From positions 73,160,001 through 73,224,000 of the forward strand of contig NW_027266297.1 in the NCBI RefSeq assembly GCF_022045235.1: a stretch of DNA of 64,000 bases. The letters run 5' to 3'. Positions 1 to 12,906 of the stretch are shown here, piece after piece; the stretch's first letter is position 1; every line of letters begins with the position of its first letter. A program made the translations under genes and the position numbers. This DNA is from Haliotis cracherodii (taxonomy: Eukaryota). The notes beneath the pieces were generated by a model, which did not search any database, was not told where the DNA came from, and saw nothing but the letters and a program-made list of their open reading frames with translations.

Positions 1-43
1 ATTATTGCTAAAAGCGGCGTAAAACCATACTCACTCACTCACT
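1..43 (+). mobile_element. 3' tail of tRNA-derived SINE (family B)
   Basis: ATTGCTAAAAGCGGCGTAAAACCAT plus (ACTC)n, matching the tail of full copies at 53041-53208 and 60684-60854. Confidence 0.8.
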
Positions 44-252
44 ATTTCACACACGACACTTCTATTGGGTTTATTTAAGTGCAGAAGCCACAAATCCCAT
101 TACAAGAATGCTGTCCACACATTCAAATGACATGAGCCGTCTGTACGTGGGTTGTCTCTTACAGAAGAATGCTTCAGTTAAAGCACCGATTACACTCAGA
201 CAAGTAATCCAATATTGAAATTCCTTCCCCATCACCCATCACTGCACAACCA

Positions 253-1634
253 CGCTCAATTGTCTGAGTCTAGTAATATACACTCAACAATAACGGTTAC
301 CGTGTCGCGCTCAATTGTCTGAGTCTAGTAATATACACTCAACAATAACGGTTACCGTGTCGCGCTCAATTGTCTGAGTCTAGTAATATACACTCAACAA
401 TAACGGTTACCGTGTCGCGCTCAATTGTTTGAGTCTAGTAATATACACTCAACAATAACGGTTACCGTGTCGCGCTCAATTGTCTGAGTCTAGTAATATA
501 CACTCAACAATAACGGTTACCGTGTCGCGCTCAATTGTCTGAGTCTAGTAATATACACTCAACAATAACGGTTACTGTGTCGCGCTCAATTGTCTGAGTC
601 TAGTAATATACACTCAACAATAATGGTTACTGTGTCGCGCTCAATTGTCTGAGTCTAGTAATATACACTCAACAATAACGGTTACTGTGTCGCGCTCAGT
701 TGTCTGAGTCTAGTAATATACACTCAACAATAACGGTTACCGTGTCGCGCTCAATTGTCTGAGTCTAGTAATATACACTCAACAATAACGGTTACTGTGT
801 CGCGCTCAATTGTCTGAGTCTAGTAATATACACTCAACAATAACGGTTACTGTGTCGCGCTCAGTTTGTCTGAGTCTAGTAATATACACTCAACAATAAC
901 GGTTACTGTGTCGCGCTCAATTGTCTGAGTCTAGTAATATACACTCAACAATAACGGTTACTGTGTCGCGCTCAGTTTGTCTGAGTCTAGTAATATACAC
1001 TCAACAATAACGGTTACTGTGTCGCGCTCAGTTTGTCTGAGTCTAGTAATATACACTCAACAATAACGGTTACTGTGTCGCGCTCAGTTGTCTGAGTCTA
1101 GTAATATACACTCAACAATAACGGTTACTGTGTCGCGCTCAATTGTCTGAGTCTAGTAATATACACTCAACAATAACGGTTACTGTGTCGCGCTCAATTG
1201 TCTGAGTCTAGTAATATACACTCAACAATAACGGTTACTGTGTCGCGCTCAATTGTCTGAGTCTAGTAATATACACTCAACAATAACGGTTACTGTGTCG
1301 CGCTCAATTGTCTGAGTCTAGTGATATACACTCAACAATAACGGTTACTGTGTCGCGCTCAATTGTCTGAGTCTAGTAATATACACTCAACAATAACGGT
1401 TACTGTGTCGCGCTCAATTGTCTGAGTCTAGTAATATACACTCAACAATAACGGTTACTGTGTCGCGCTCAATTGTCTGAGTCTAGTAATATACACTCAA
1501 CAATAACGGTTACTGTGTCGCGCTCAATTGTCTGAGTCTAGTGATATACACTCAACAATAACGGTTACCGTGTCGCGCTCAATTGTCTGAGTCTAGTAAT
1601 ATACACTCAACAATAACGGTTACTGTGTCGCGCT
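253..1634. repeat. Minisatellite, 55-bp unit, ~25 copies
   Basis: Unit CGCTCAATTGTCTGAGTCTAGTAATATACACTCAACAATAACGGTTAC(C/T)GTGTCG repeated nearly perfectly. Confidence 0.97.
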
Positions 1635-1699
1635 TCTGACTCGGTGCGAGACACTGACTTATCTAGCATGAAGACTGAACTATGGGGATTGACAGAAGA

Positions 1700-2100
1700 A
1701 CCCAGATTTCAACTTTTAATGACGTATACCCTGTGAGCCTGCATGCAAGCTCAACATCTTTGCGTCATAGAAGCAACCCAACGTTGGATGGAGACTTGTG
1801 GAATGTCAGTCCAGATCCTGCCTAGCGAGTCACCGATCCGCGAATTCCCCCCAAAATTCTGGGGCTCGTGGCAGAAGTCGATCCATTTCATCTGATACTT
1901 GCTCTGTCTGTTGTGGAAAGATCGGGAGATCGAGCAGACCAGGGCAACACATTTACAATATTCTGCACAACTGGTTGTTGGACAAAACATTCAGTGTGTG
2001 GCCTGGAGTTGTGTTGAAACATCATACCACGGGACGTTGATGTAGGAACGAGATGACAGGCTGAATGATCTCATCTTGATCACGTTCAGGTTTCCTTCGA
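1700..2100 (-). pseudogene. Tc1-family transposase C-terminal fragment
   Basis: Reverse strand reads FQHNSRPHT...NVLPWSARSPDLS...IWTDIPQVSIQRWVASMTQRC across frameshifts, a decayed QDNARPH/WPARSPDLNPIE region. Confidence 0.8.
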
Positions 2101-2139
2101 CCACAATCAAATGAGTCCATTATTTTTCTCTAACACTAC

Positions 2140-2260
2140 CGAAGATCCGGTGTAGAATAGGTCTTTAGCAACCCATGCTTGCCGTAAAAGACGACCATGC
2201 TTGTTGTAAGAGGCGTCTAACGGGATCGGGTGTCAGGCTCGCTGACTTGGTTGATGCAAG
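2140..2260 (+). mobile_element. Family A retroposon, 5' fragment
   Basis: GAAGATCCGGTGTAGAATAGGTCTT...GGCGTCTAACGGGATCGGGTGTCAGGCTCGCTGAC matches family A. Confidence 0.85.
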
Positions 2261-2329
2261 CCATCATAACACAGCATACCCATGCCCAGGGAACCAGGCT
2301 GGCTCGACGGCCACGATTAATTCAGTGTT

Positions 2330-3293
2330 AGACGCGTAAGGTTCTCCAAGGAATCCAGATTCACCCTAGCTTACCTTGATCTGAGTGGTAGTGTTTGGTG
2401 GAGTGCCAAGGACCATGTCACCAACATCCAATGTCCGCCATCAGGCACCTTGACCTGGTGGTGTTTCGGTGATTGTGTCGAACCACACTGACGGACAGAA
2501 CGCCGTGATCCATCGGCCATGGGAGGGGCAAGGGACAGTACTACCGTGACACCATACTGGGACACCCTATCGTGAGCCCTGGCGAGATGAACACGCATAG
2601 GACATCATCGGCAGACGTCCAGGAGAGTCATCATACGCCCACTGCTGACATTTCACCATCAGATATTCCGTTTGGAATGGTGTTTAGCACGGCGGGCTTG
2701 GAATCTGAGAACTTGGCGGAGAATTCATTGTTCGGACGACAGCAGGTTCCCGCTCCATGTGACGGATGGACGACCGAGGGTTGGTTTGGAGGCACAAGGC
2801 AAGGGATATCAGGGCAGTTGTGTAATGGGGGGGGGGGGGGGGGTTGAGTACGGATCTCACACGACTGCCAGCTGGGCCTGGTCACCACACAAGACAGCCT
2901 CGTAGGTGATGAGTACATCCGAGATGTTTAGGAACCAGTTGTTGTCCCCCATTTCGACATCCACCCATTCCCCGCAATACCTCATTTCGTGGATGATAAC
3001 GTCATTCCCCATTGTTCCAGGGCAGTGATAGCATACATCGAGACCAACGCTGTGACGACTCTGCCTTGGCTCGCCACGAGTCCAGACGTGTATCCGCTGG
3101 AGCATATTTCGGTTGTCCTCGGGCGTCGTGTGCAGGCACTGGCGTCACCTGTACACAATCTACCGGAACTGGAAGCAGCTTTGTATGGGGAGTGGCTGAC
3201 CTTGACCTTCCACAAATCAAACGTCCGACTGAAGCGATGAGACGCAGGGTGGAGACCGTCATCGGGGCACCTGGAGGGTTTATTCACTGCTAA
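2330..3293 (+). pseudogene. Tc1-family transposase pseudogene
   Basis: WRRIHCSDDSRF (first catalytic D) and DDNVIPH...LPWLATSPDVYPLEHI (second D and E) in different frames; G-run at 2827-2842. Confidence 0.85.
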
Positions 3294-3544
3294 ATCTTTG
3301 TACTACGGGTATTATCTAGGACTCAAAATGACATTTTTATCCAGAAATAGCCACATCAAATTGTCGTATGAACTGCAGCTCCATACGTGGTGGATAGTCT
3401 TGGGATGAAAACATCACCTTAGGTTGTGCTACAATATCGTGATTAAAATCGACCCCAGCTTACAATGACAGAGGTTGCCTATTGTCAGAGAGATGTTCTT
3501 ACAGATCACATTCGTTAATCCGAGCTGATCTTGTCAATACTTTA

Positions 3545-3737
3545 ATTTTGAACACACAATAGTATTTGGAAAGTGGTCAAATGTAACAAATGTTATATTT
3601 GGGATAACACTTTTATTTGTAAAGTACAGATTCTCGAACGTTTGGGGGTTGAGTCTCGTCCGGGATTCGAACCCACACTGCCAGAATGAGGCATCTAATC
3701 GCCAGAACACAAACTCATCCAACCCACTCAGCCACTG
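3545..3737 (-). mobile_element. tRNA-headed SINE-like element (family E)
   Basis: Minus strand box A TGGCTGAGTGG and box B GGTTCGAATCCC; body GAATCTGTACTTTACAAA..AAGTGTTATCCCAAATA recurs at ~34860-34946 (-) and ~59625-59705 (+). Confidence 0.65.
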
Positions 3738-4798
3738 ACAACTGGTAGTCTAGACCACTTACTTTGTGTACCCCTCTGACAAGTGCAAAAAAGAACGAGT
3801 ATCCGTGTTATCCCAACTATAATATTTGTTAAATACTTTCATTTCCCGACTTGTTTCGTTAGTCAATGAAATGTTTCTTGGTGTGGTTAAATTCTTCCCA
3901 GGTGTATACTTCCAGCTGAGCTAATTGCTGGCAAGTGACTCATCCTCAAGTTTCTGATCTTCACAACCGCGGAACACTATAATTGGACTGCAATAGTGGC
4001 ACAAAAAACAAGTCCATATCAGCTGCAATAGAGCAGGGAAATGCCGGCGGTGCGGTTGTTGACAGTCAAACATTACCATACAAAGCTCGCCATGCGGCCT
4101 ACAATGGGGAACCCTCGGTTGTCGATGGCTGTACACTCATTCAATCGGCCATGTATGGGAAGATCACGTTCATGGCCTCTGACGTTCGCAAACACAAATT
4201 TCTTGTCTTTTCCCCACTCCCTCACTCCAAGGTGAAATGTCTGGACCAACGTGGTTTTACGAAAGTTTCGAACATAGAAACGTCACACAATCTCTTCAAA
4301 ATCAGATCTTACGTCTCGCTACCGCCAAACAAACTTAGTTTAACGGTAGCGAGAACTAAGATCTGATTGTAATGAGAATGAGACGGCACACCGAAGTCAC
4401 TGGAATATATGAATACATCTATTGCTAAACGCTACATTGACATTGACTCATACGATTTACCACTCGTTATTATGCCACTGCGACTCCCTGGTATAACACA
4501 CAAATCGGTGACTAAGCCTCATATTACGGTATAATGACAGCAGGACTCGTAAAATGATAAACCTACACGTTATAATGTTTCCAGATTTGTGAGCGCCATA
4601 CCATGCTCTATTGTCAGCACCAGTCCCGTACTGTGTACACCGACGCCGTAAACATTGATGTCACGCACCGCCTGGCACGTCCCGCTAATAACAAGCTGAC
4701 ACGCCGTCATATAACTGAAACACAGATCAAAGCAAGTAACCAAAGGTACATACTTACAACCTTCACCATTAATTACTCACCGTTGCGACTGGCTATTC

Positions 4799-5040
4799 GA
4801 CCCCTGAAGATCCGGTGTAGAATAGGTCTTCAGCAACCCGTGCTTGCCGTAAAAAGGCGACTAATATAAGCTTGTCGTAAGAGGCGACTAGCGGGATCGG
4901 GTGGTCAGGCTCGCTGATTGTGTGGATCGAGGCTCATGATGCCAACCACTGGATTGTCTGGTCCAGACTTGATTATTTACAGGCCGCTGTCATATCGCTG
5001 GAATATTGCTGAGTGCGGCGTTATACAACAAACAAACAAA
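4799..5040 (+). mobile_element. Family A retroposon (internal deletion)
   Basis: GACCCCTGAAGATCC head through GCTGAGTGCGGCGTTATAC(AAAC)n tail. Confidence 0.9.
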
Positions 5041-5625
5041 ACTGCTTCTGGCTATAATGACCCACAGTATTATACATGTATATGTACATATATGAGAATA
5101 ACTATTTATTATACCGCCACACTGACTCACTCCCTGGTACTATATTACCCACTGCGTCAGATATAGATGAATCTATTTTCAATAATTCGCGCTGAGCCAT
5201 ATTTGTTTCCTTCATGCTGATTGACTTGATCTTTCCATTGTTTTCGAAAAGGTCTATTTAAGGACTGAAGTTGTAATTGTTGACGTTCATCAGCTGATGA
5301 AGACTGTGCCTCACGTGAACAAATTCCATGATGTGCGAATCACTTCATGGTAATCACGTGACATATTGAAGCTCATCGGGAAATAAAGAACAGTTAACTT
5401 GGTAGTGTTCACCTGAGCGATCTCACCAGCTTCTGTCAATTAAGAATTGACTTTCACTTTGTGTGCGTGCATTGGAACCTTCATAGAGTGGGGGCCAAAG
5501 TGTATGAACGTCGGAGCTTGCGACACTAAAAAATATTCTCATAAATAGAGGTTATCACGCTTGTGTGTTTGGGGATGGTAAATATCCTGTATTAGGAATA
5601 AACATTGTATTTAGCGAGCCTTGGC

Positions 5626-5975
5626 TCAGTGTAAACATGAAGTCACACGTACTAAATATAATTGTGTTTAGATCTTGGCCTACGTCCTTTGAGGAAAGAA
5701 ATTGTGTCGTTCATTTAAGAATTGACCTTCACTTTGTGTGAGTTCATTGGAGTATGAACCTGCATAGAGTGAGGGCCAAACTGTATGAACGTCGGAGCTT
5801 GCGACGACGTTCATACAGTTTGGCCCTCACTCTATGCAGGTTCATACTCCAATGAACTCACACAAAGTGAAAGTCAATTCTTATAATTTTTTATCACAAT
5901 TTCTTTCCTCAAAGGACGTAGGCCAAGATCTAAACACAATTATATTTAGTACGTGTGACTTCATGTTTACACTGA
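5626..5975. repeat. Near-perfect 350-bp palindrome (arms ~169 bp, 10-nt spacer), probably within a non-autonomous DNA transposon
   Basis: 5626-5794 is the reverse complement of 5805-5975; a diverged direct copy of the inner arm lies at ~5440-5525; TATGAACGTC motifs recur at 6630-6670. Confidence 0.9.
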
Positions 5976-7426
5976 CAGCCAAACAACAACCAGCTATATC
6001 GCGGAATAAAATAGATCCCCCAAAAGAGAGGTGACATGAGCGTATGGATGCAGAACTTGCTCTTCAGAAACATCTTACGCAACACATGTCTTCATATAAT
6101 ATCCCCATTAGATGAGAAAGGTCTGTAATGGACTACCTCAGTAAGTCAGGCACAATGACAGCGCGTCGTAATACATAAATTACATCAAGTACAAGACGTC
6201 AAAATGGCCGACACGATAAACGTAACGGGAGGATTTCCGAAGTTTTTAATGAACCTGTGGCGGTTACATGTGTTAGTCATAACTGATCAACTGACCGATT
6301 ATTGAAAGGTGATTAAAGATGCGTCAAACAGACACCAAGGTAAATTCGTAGATTGCTGGAGGCGGTCACTGTCAGCCTAGACACAGATCGAGTCGATACT
6401 GACGATAGTTTGGATGTGCATTTTTCCGTTTGAACAATCATGCATTCAAGCTCTCTTACGTTTCTCAATGTATACTGAAATGCTGTGACCAAGATAAAAG
6501 GTTCTAAATGATCAGAAATAATGCTAATGTATGTTTTCGTGGTAGGGAATTCCCAGGGGTTTCCCCAAGAATGTGGAAGTAGTCCGTCAGTGTTTACGTC
6601 ATTTCAAGAACACGGTCTCGTGAAAAACGTATGAACGTCAAATTGTGTCGTTCATACACTTATGAACGTCAATTTCGCGGTCATGTGACCGACCTCTCGT
6701 CCAATGGAAAAGTCGCATATCGTGTAAACGTCAAATTAAAAAATTATTTGAAGATGGCATCTGATTGTAGATGACGGAACAAACGAGTTTATGTGACGTC
6801 ATTCAACAACAGGCCAGCTCAGCTGATGTATCCCTCTGAAATCAGGTAATACATTTTCCTTCATGTTCTCTGAAAAAGGACGATGGGTAATATAAAAAAA
6901 GAAGAATTCTGTCCCGAGTGAATTAATGTTAAAACACTTTTGGTGAAAATCGATTTTCTCTAAATGTACCTAATGGCTAAGTCACACTTTGAGTTGTACC
7001 GCCACCATGACTCACCCTGTCCTGGAATAATAATTCAATTTACACCGCGTTATATGGCGGTAGTGAGACTGTGTTTGCTCAGCACTCCAACTACCATGAT
7101 GTCATGGATGCCGTTGGTTTCTCTCTGGGTATGTTTCAGTGTACATAGATGTAGCCTACATGTTATTGTTCGACGTCCTCGCACAGGGCGGTACTGCTTG
7201 TTGAGGGACACGACGGAGTGAAACATCAGGTGATAGAACACGGGTGGAAGAATGTGAAGGCAACACGAATACTCGTCTAATACGAGTGTCGACGGTGTAA
7301 CTTGTGCATGACAGTGGAGATACCACCACAGTTGAATGAAAACCGACGTATGCAATCATGCGCGAGCGATTGTTATGGTACGAGTGGTTTTATACCCCAT
7401 TTATTGACAATCTATTGGTAGATAAA

Positions 7427-7603
7427 ACGGAAGCCTTTTAGGGCCATTTGTTCATTAATTTTGTCTTGATATTTTAAGATACTAAGTTGATATTACAACA
7501 TACTAACTGGAAATTTCAAGATAATAAAGTTGAAATTTCAAGTTAGTATCTTGACATTTCAGAAAATATATAAAAATTCCAAATGGCCCTAAAAGGCTTC
7601 CGT
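7427..7603. mobile_element. MITE with 24-bp terminal inverted repeats
   Basis: ACGGAAGCCTTTTAGGGCCATTTG ... CAAATGGCCCTAAAAGGCTTCCGT; AGATAA(A) on both flanks (TSD-like). Confidence 0.85.
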
Positions 7604-7751
7604 AAGATAAAGTATACTTGCTTTGACATTTCGGGGAAAAAAATTAAATAATAACAAGACCTTAGTACATTAAGGTAGGATTATTTGTCTACTGTAAGTC
7701 ACGTGTCTGTACATGCTCTTAAACCCTAATCAAATAGTTATCTATAAATCT

Positions 7752-7965
7752 TGTTTGTTTGTGTCTTGTTTAACGCTGCAATATTACAACAATGTGACAA
7801 CGACCTGTAAATAATCAAGTCTGGACCAGACAATTCAGTGACTGATATGAGCAACGCTCCACGCCGTGGAAGTACGATGGCACACCGAGCCTGACCGCCC
7901 AATCCATTTAGTCACCTCGTACGACGAGTATAGGTCGCTGGATTCACGTACTAACCCCAAATCCC
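7752..7965 (-). mobile_element. Family A retroposon, old degenerate copy
   Basis: GTAAATAATCAAGTCTGGACCAGACAATTCAGTG and GAGCCTGACCGCCCAATCC match the reverse complement of family A. Confidence 0.75.
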
Positions 7966-8105
7966 CACTGGCACAAGAAATCTTCTAGCAGACATGCATA
8001 TATCGTCCATCAAATACAGTGTCCACCCGAGTCATGTAGACACCCGAATTCTGTTGGTTCGAGGCCATTATCCTGGATATATCTTTGTTCTGCGATATAG
8101 GCTAG

Positions 8106-8564
8106 TAGGGCTGGGACGAGTCCGATTTTACTACCCGGGTACCCACCCCCCTATTACCCGACCTAACCCGGGTACCCACCCCCCTATTACCCGACCTAAC
8201 CCGGGTACCTACTGTAGGTCTCAAGAGATTGGTACAAAATGTCCGATTGTGCATTTTTTAACATAGCACTGGCAAAACGTATTTAGATACATGTATTAAA
8301 TATTCTGGTCATGCATACACTGAAGTTGACTCAAGTAAAATCTTTATTCAAAGATATGAAAAGTCAGAAGAAATGGGCGCATAGTCAGAAAATAATGCGA
8401 ACATTTGTGACTTGTAGTGTAACCATAGAGTTCTAGATACTTTTTGTCATTAAACAATATATCATGACATTGTGACTAACCACGGGCCCGGGTAGTCCTG
8501 TGGGTACCCGGGTCCTACTCAGTACCCACCCGACCCGGGTACCGGAGTTATCCTCCCTAGCCCT
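8106..8564. mobile_element. hAT-like MITE
   Basis: TAGGGCTGGGA ... TCCCTAGCCCT imperfect TIRs and subterminal ACCCGGGTACC repeats at both ends; superfamily inferred from terminus type. Confidence 0.65.
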
Positions 8565-9400
8565 TTTGGCTACTGTACAATATTATACGTTATATACCAG
8601 AAAACCGCTAAACTGGAAAGTAAGCAGTCTGGATTAACATTATGTGATGCGATTAGTCACTAATTCTGTCATAAACATATAGTTTTCTAATCATAATAAT
8701 TTACTATTGTTAACTATTTGTATACGATATAGATAAACTTGCGTATACCCAATGCTCGCTGAACGCGAGTACTGCGGGTTTGAAACGCTGCTTTGGGCAG
8801 CACTTCACTCTATCAGCATGTTGGGAGAAAGACACAAGATGTCACCGGTATAAGATGTACGGCACTATTGTGAGAGTGCAGGAGCACGGGTAGGGTCCTG
8901 ACACAGGATCATCGCCTGGGTTTCTATGGGGTTCGAACCCACGACTAGCGCACGAAAGGACTTAGCTGCATAGTGAACTATCCGATCCCTCCATATCTGG
9001 TGTGGGACATCTACGTCATCCCGGGGGTCCGAGGAAAGTGATCATTCAAAAGTATGATAAAAGCGTTTGGACACTACCCAAGTTGTAAAATCCTTCATTG
9101 CACATTGACCATTAACACAAGGATTTACAATCAGGTTACTCAAACATATCTGCCTTGTTTATGGAAAACAAGATCGTTGCCATACATAGTGGGGGCGGGA
9201 TAATCTTCCATATACACTTAATTAACGCATTTAAAATACTAATCAACCGTTGATATAATATACACTTGAGTCCATCAGGCAGGAGGATCTCCTGCCGATG
9301 TCATTGAGCGAAAGTCCTCGAGGACACCTAACCGGCTTATCTCATGGAGTTGTCGAACAAGTATCATTATCCTTGGTGTCTTTATCAAAGTCAGGCTAGA

Positions 9401-9618
9401 TCCGCGAACATCCGGGTTAGAATAGGTCTTCAGCACCCCATGCTTGTAAGAGGCGATTAACTGGATCGGGTGCTCGTTGACTTGGTTGATTCGTGTTAGC
9501 GTATCCTAATTAAGTGGTTCGATGCTCATGATTTCAGTCATTGGATTGTTTGGTCCAGACTCGATTATTGACAGACCGCCGTCATACGGCTGGGATATTG
9601 CGGCGGTAAACAACAAAC
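9401..9618 (+). mobile_element. Family A retroposon (single-hairpin variant)
   Basis: TCCGCGAACATCCGGGTTAGAATAGGTCTTCAGC head to GCGGCGGTAAACAACAAAC tail. Confidence 0.85.
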
Positions 9619-9793
9619 CTTCAAACTAATACAGTTGGTAGAGATGATGTTTACTATTAGCACTGCCAATATTGCCAAGGTATTCATTCATATGTATGTG
9701 AGTTGTAACTTAGGCAACAGTGCAATTCAGTAGAATAAATTTTGGAGTAGCATATTCAGAAACATAAACAAATGGTTGGATAGAAATGGTCAA

Positions 9794-9799
9794 TTTATT
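9794..9799 (-). terminator. Candidate polyadenylation signal (AATAAA) of the minus-strand gene
   Basis: TTTATT on the plus strand at the end of a ~2-kb stretch downstream of the 11803 stop codon with no recognisable SINE. Confidence 0.4.
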
Positions 9800-11802
9800 G
9801 CATGGTAGCATGTACATTATTTACAACTCGGGACAACAAGTGGCAATGTACAAATATATGAAACACATATAAAAACAATCATAACGACCTCACATTCAAT
9901 GTCTCCCTCATCAATAAATCCCCACCATAGATTGAGTACAGATATACTGTTCGTCGTAAAAACCTCACACAATGGTTTATCCACTTTGATTAGTGTCATT
10001 ACTATACATATTATATACTTGGTTTCTAGGCTAGTGATTACCCAGAGCACTGCCGATGTGACGTGAAGCATTAACTCACTCAAAAGGAACACCACGTGTT
10101 TGTAAACGCCAGGGAAAGGCAATTGTCATATGAAGGTCGAAAACGAAAGATGACAACTGAGTTGGGGCATTAGTCAATACGTGCTGCTCCTCTCATACTG
10201 GTGTCCTGCGGACCCAACATCACCGTGGACATGGGTCTAGGGTCAAACACGCTTCTCATTCACAACGCTAACAATACGGATCAGAGTTCTGAATTTTGAA
10301 AAATAAACAAAATTAATGAATTGAAGAATACACAAATCAAGACATATCTAATAGGCTTAAACGCTAAACGCATGTTCCGCTGTTTTGGATCATCGTGGAA
10401 TCTGTGAATATATACTGATAGAAAAAAAAGTAAGGGTTCGTCTACGATATGTTTGCTTTGTCATCATGTAATTGTTGGGTTTGTGGTCTTGTTGTGAACA
10501 CACCATGTCAAAGTGTTTCATATTGACCCAATTGTTATAGAATAGTTATTGACGCAAATATTATGCAACTGTCCTATGACTTGGACACTCCCTTATTGGT
10601 TTCCGTTCAACATATAATTCACTTGTCATTTCTAATGACCTTATGGCGTACATAAAAATATATGTCACAAGGGCGTCCATGCGACTGTCATTAGTGAAAG
10701 AGTGACCATGCTTGCTTACCCTTTTTGCGAACACCTGGCGTCATCACTGATTTTCAGTGGTCCATTCATATAACTCCACATCTATTTGCCCGTTACGCCA
10801 AGTGGAATATGTTTCGGCAGAAAATCTAGGCTATTCTCTTGCATTGACAATTTATAATTACATCGCAGTCAGGCACTATCCTATTCACACATCGTTGAAA
10901 AAATAGTCTGGTTCATGAAAAACATGAGCAATGATCAGTGCTGTCGGGTCTGACAAGAAGCAAGGGTATATGACACTGATATGACAAGTTAGATGACATT
11001 GCATTCCATGAACAGGAAGCAGACGACTGGGGACTACACTGGCGGAACTCTCTTCTATATGACACACAACCAGATACCGACTGTATAGAAGTATTTATTA
11101 TGTATAGACTGTACGTTAATGAGATGAATATGAATCCCCATATAGACTGTACGTTAATGAGATGAATATGAACATTTGTATTATGAATACAACACTGTCT
11201 CTTAGTCAGGATATGCGTTGAAATGAAAACACTCGTTATTCATAGTTCTAACGTCTTACTTGGGAAGTAATGCTGCTTTTAACTTTATTATGACCATGAT
11301 TGTGATATCTCTGTGTCCGCACCAAGCCTGCTGATGAAATTGATAAATTCTGCTTGACGAAACCATGAGATGAGGCTTCGTATGATTACTTCAAAGCATG
11401 GATCTAAATGCCTAATATCCTACGACAATCACATACTATATGGCATGTTGTGGTTATTCAACATCCGTGAATGCAGCAGCGGGTGTAACAACTGGAACCG
11501 TCTGACTCCAAGGTATCACAAGTTTTGAGACAGGACGAGTGGCTACCCATTCCTTCAACAATTGTCCAAGCTGATCACATGGTGAAGTTCTGAGACACCA
11601 CAACATCATCCCTCACGTACAGTACACTGATATGCACTGTCAATGCCGTTGTACATGTGCAGCAACATCATTCACTGCAACAGCGTACCTGACTATACGC
11701 CACGACGCCACGGAGGTAGCAGTGCTGGAATCATCCACGAAGGGGTTCAAGTTGTAACCGTGACGTTCTACTCCCTGAAACAATACATCGAATCACAAAC
11801 TA

Positions 11803-12906
11803 TCAATGTTTAAGATTATATCCAGTTTGTTTGAACTTTATCGTGAGTTTCTTCCAGAATGTTCCGTTCTTATCGCGACCTTTAACACCATGTTTAATGT
11901 CATCTCCGGTTTCGTGCCCGCTGTCGCTGCTCGCGCTCTCTAGGCTTCCCCACCGCGGGCCGCCATTCCGGGACTGCAAGAAGGACTCGTAGGAGGACTC
12001 GTAGGGCACGCCGTCACGTAAGGACTTCTTCTGTTGTTTGCGTACCGTACCATCAACCCCGATACCCAGCTTGGTATCATTTACGCTATAATACCTCAAT
12101 GTCGTCTTCCCGCTGTTCTTCGCATTTTGTTTGAACAACGTCTTTGTTGAATCTCGTTTAGGCTTCTCGACTCTCCGTGCCTCTGTCCGAGACTTATTGC
12201 TCTCCTTCTTCTGAAGAACCTTTCGTGAAACTGGTGGTTTTGATCTAACTGTGTGGATGGGGCGATCGAATTCATATTCCTCCTCCTCGTCGGAGAGGTA
12301 CCGAGAGAAGTCCTCCCCAGGAAACTCCTTATATATACTGCTCCTTCTCTTGTCGTTGGCTAGATCATCACCCTCAAAGTCCAGAGTCATTTCTTCCTCT
12401 TCGTAATCAGGAGCAGGGATCTCCATGCCGCCAATCCTCTCCGACGGAACGCTTGGTCTAGATTGGGACCTTTGCTCTCGGTACACGTTTCCATGGTGCA
12501 ACGTCGGTGATGTCGCAGAGTCGTTAAAGATGGGGTTGGAACGGAACTGGTCGCCAGCATCCGAGGACGAGGCAGTGTATGTTTCCTGTATTTCTGAGTA
12601 AATGTTCTCAGATGGTTCAATTGTCATTGGAATATCTTTGTCACCGATGATGAAAGCTTTGTTCACCTTTCCAACTTTGTCTCTATCGCTATGCTCAGGT
12701 TTAGGGCTGTTGTCAATCGCAATATTCCCAATCCCATCATTGGACAGTATTTTAGGTTTGTAGGCTCCCAGTTGGGAGAACCCACCACTTTTTCCTTTGC
12801 CGTTCAAGTTGTATTTCTTTTTACCTTCTTTACCTTCGTACTCAAAGCCAGCAGACGACTGTCCAATAAATAAGTCCCGCACGTGCGGACCACGGTTCAT
12901 CGCCAT
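11803..12906 (-). CDS. Uncharacterised 367-aa intrinsically disordered protein, single coding exon
   Basis: Long non-repetitive ORF; AAGATGG start context; in-frame TGA 18 nt upstream; acceptor TTTTCTTTATCTTTCCAG|G at 12943/12942 indicates a 5'-UTR intron; S/E/D/K-rich with ENIYSEI, IPAPDY, DSGHET and C-terminal FWKKLTIKFK. Confidence 0.85.
   Translation of the reverse strand: MAMNRGPHVRDLFIGQSSAGFEYEGKEGKKKYNLNGKGKSGGFSQLGAYKPKILSNDGIGNIAIDNSPKPEHSDRDKVGKVNKAFIIGDKDIPMTIEPSENIYSEIQETYTASSSDAGDQFRSNPIFNDSATSPTLHHGNVYREQRSQSRPSVPSERIGGMEIPAPDYEEEEMTLDFEGDDLANDKRRSSIYKEFPGEDFSRYLSDEEEEYEFDRPIHTVRSKPPVSRKVLQKKESNKSRTEARRVEKPKRDSTKTLFKQNAKNSGKTTLRYYSVNDTKLGIGVDGTVRKQQKKSLRDGVPYESSYESFLQSRNGGPRWGSLESASSDSGHETGDDIKHGVKGRDKNGTFWKKLTIKFKQTGYNLKH

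Noticed and set aside
3900-4366. GC-richer stretch with short ORFs on both strands
   Set aside because: No recognisable motif and no consistent splice pair; it may be UTR or unknown repeat, and I cannot support a call
11325-11385. CTGATGA...GAAAC as a hammerhead in the 3' UTR
   Set aside because: Stem II does not close and there is no UH cleavage site paired to GAAAC
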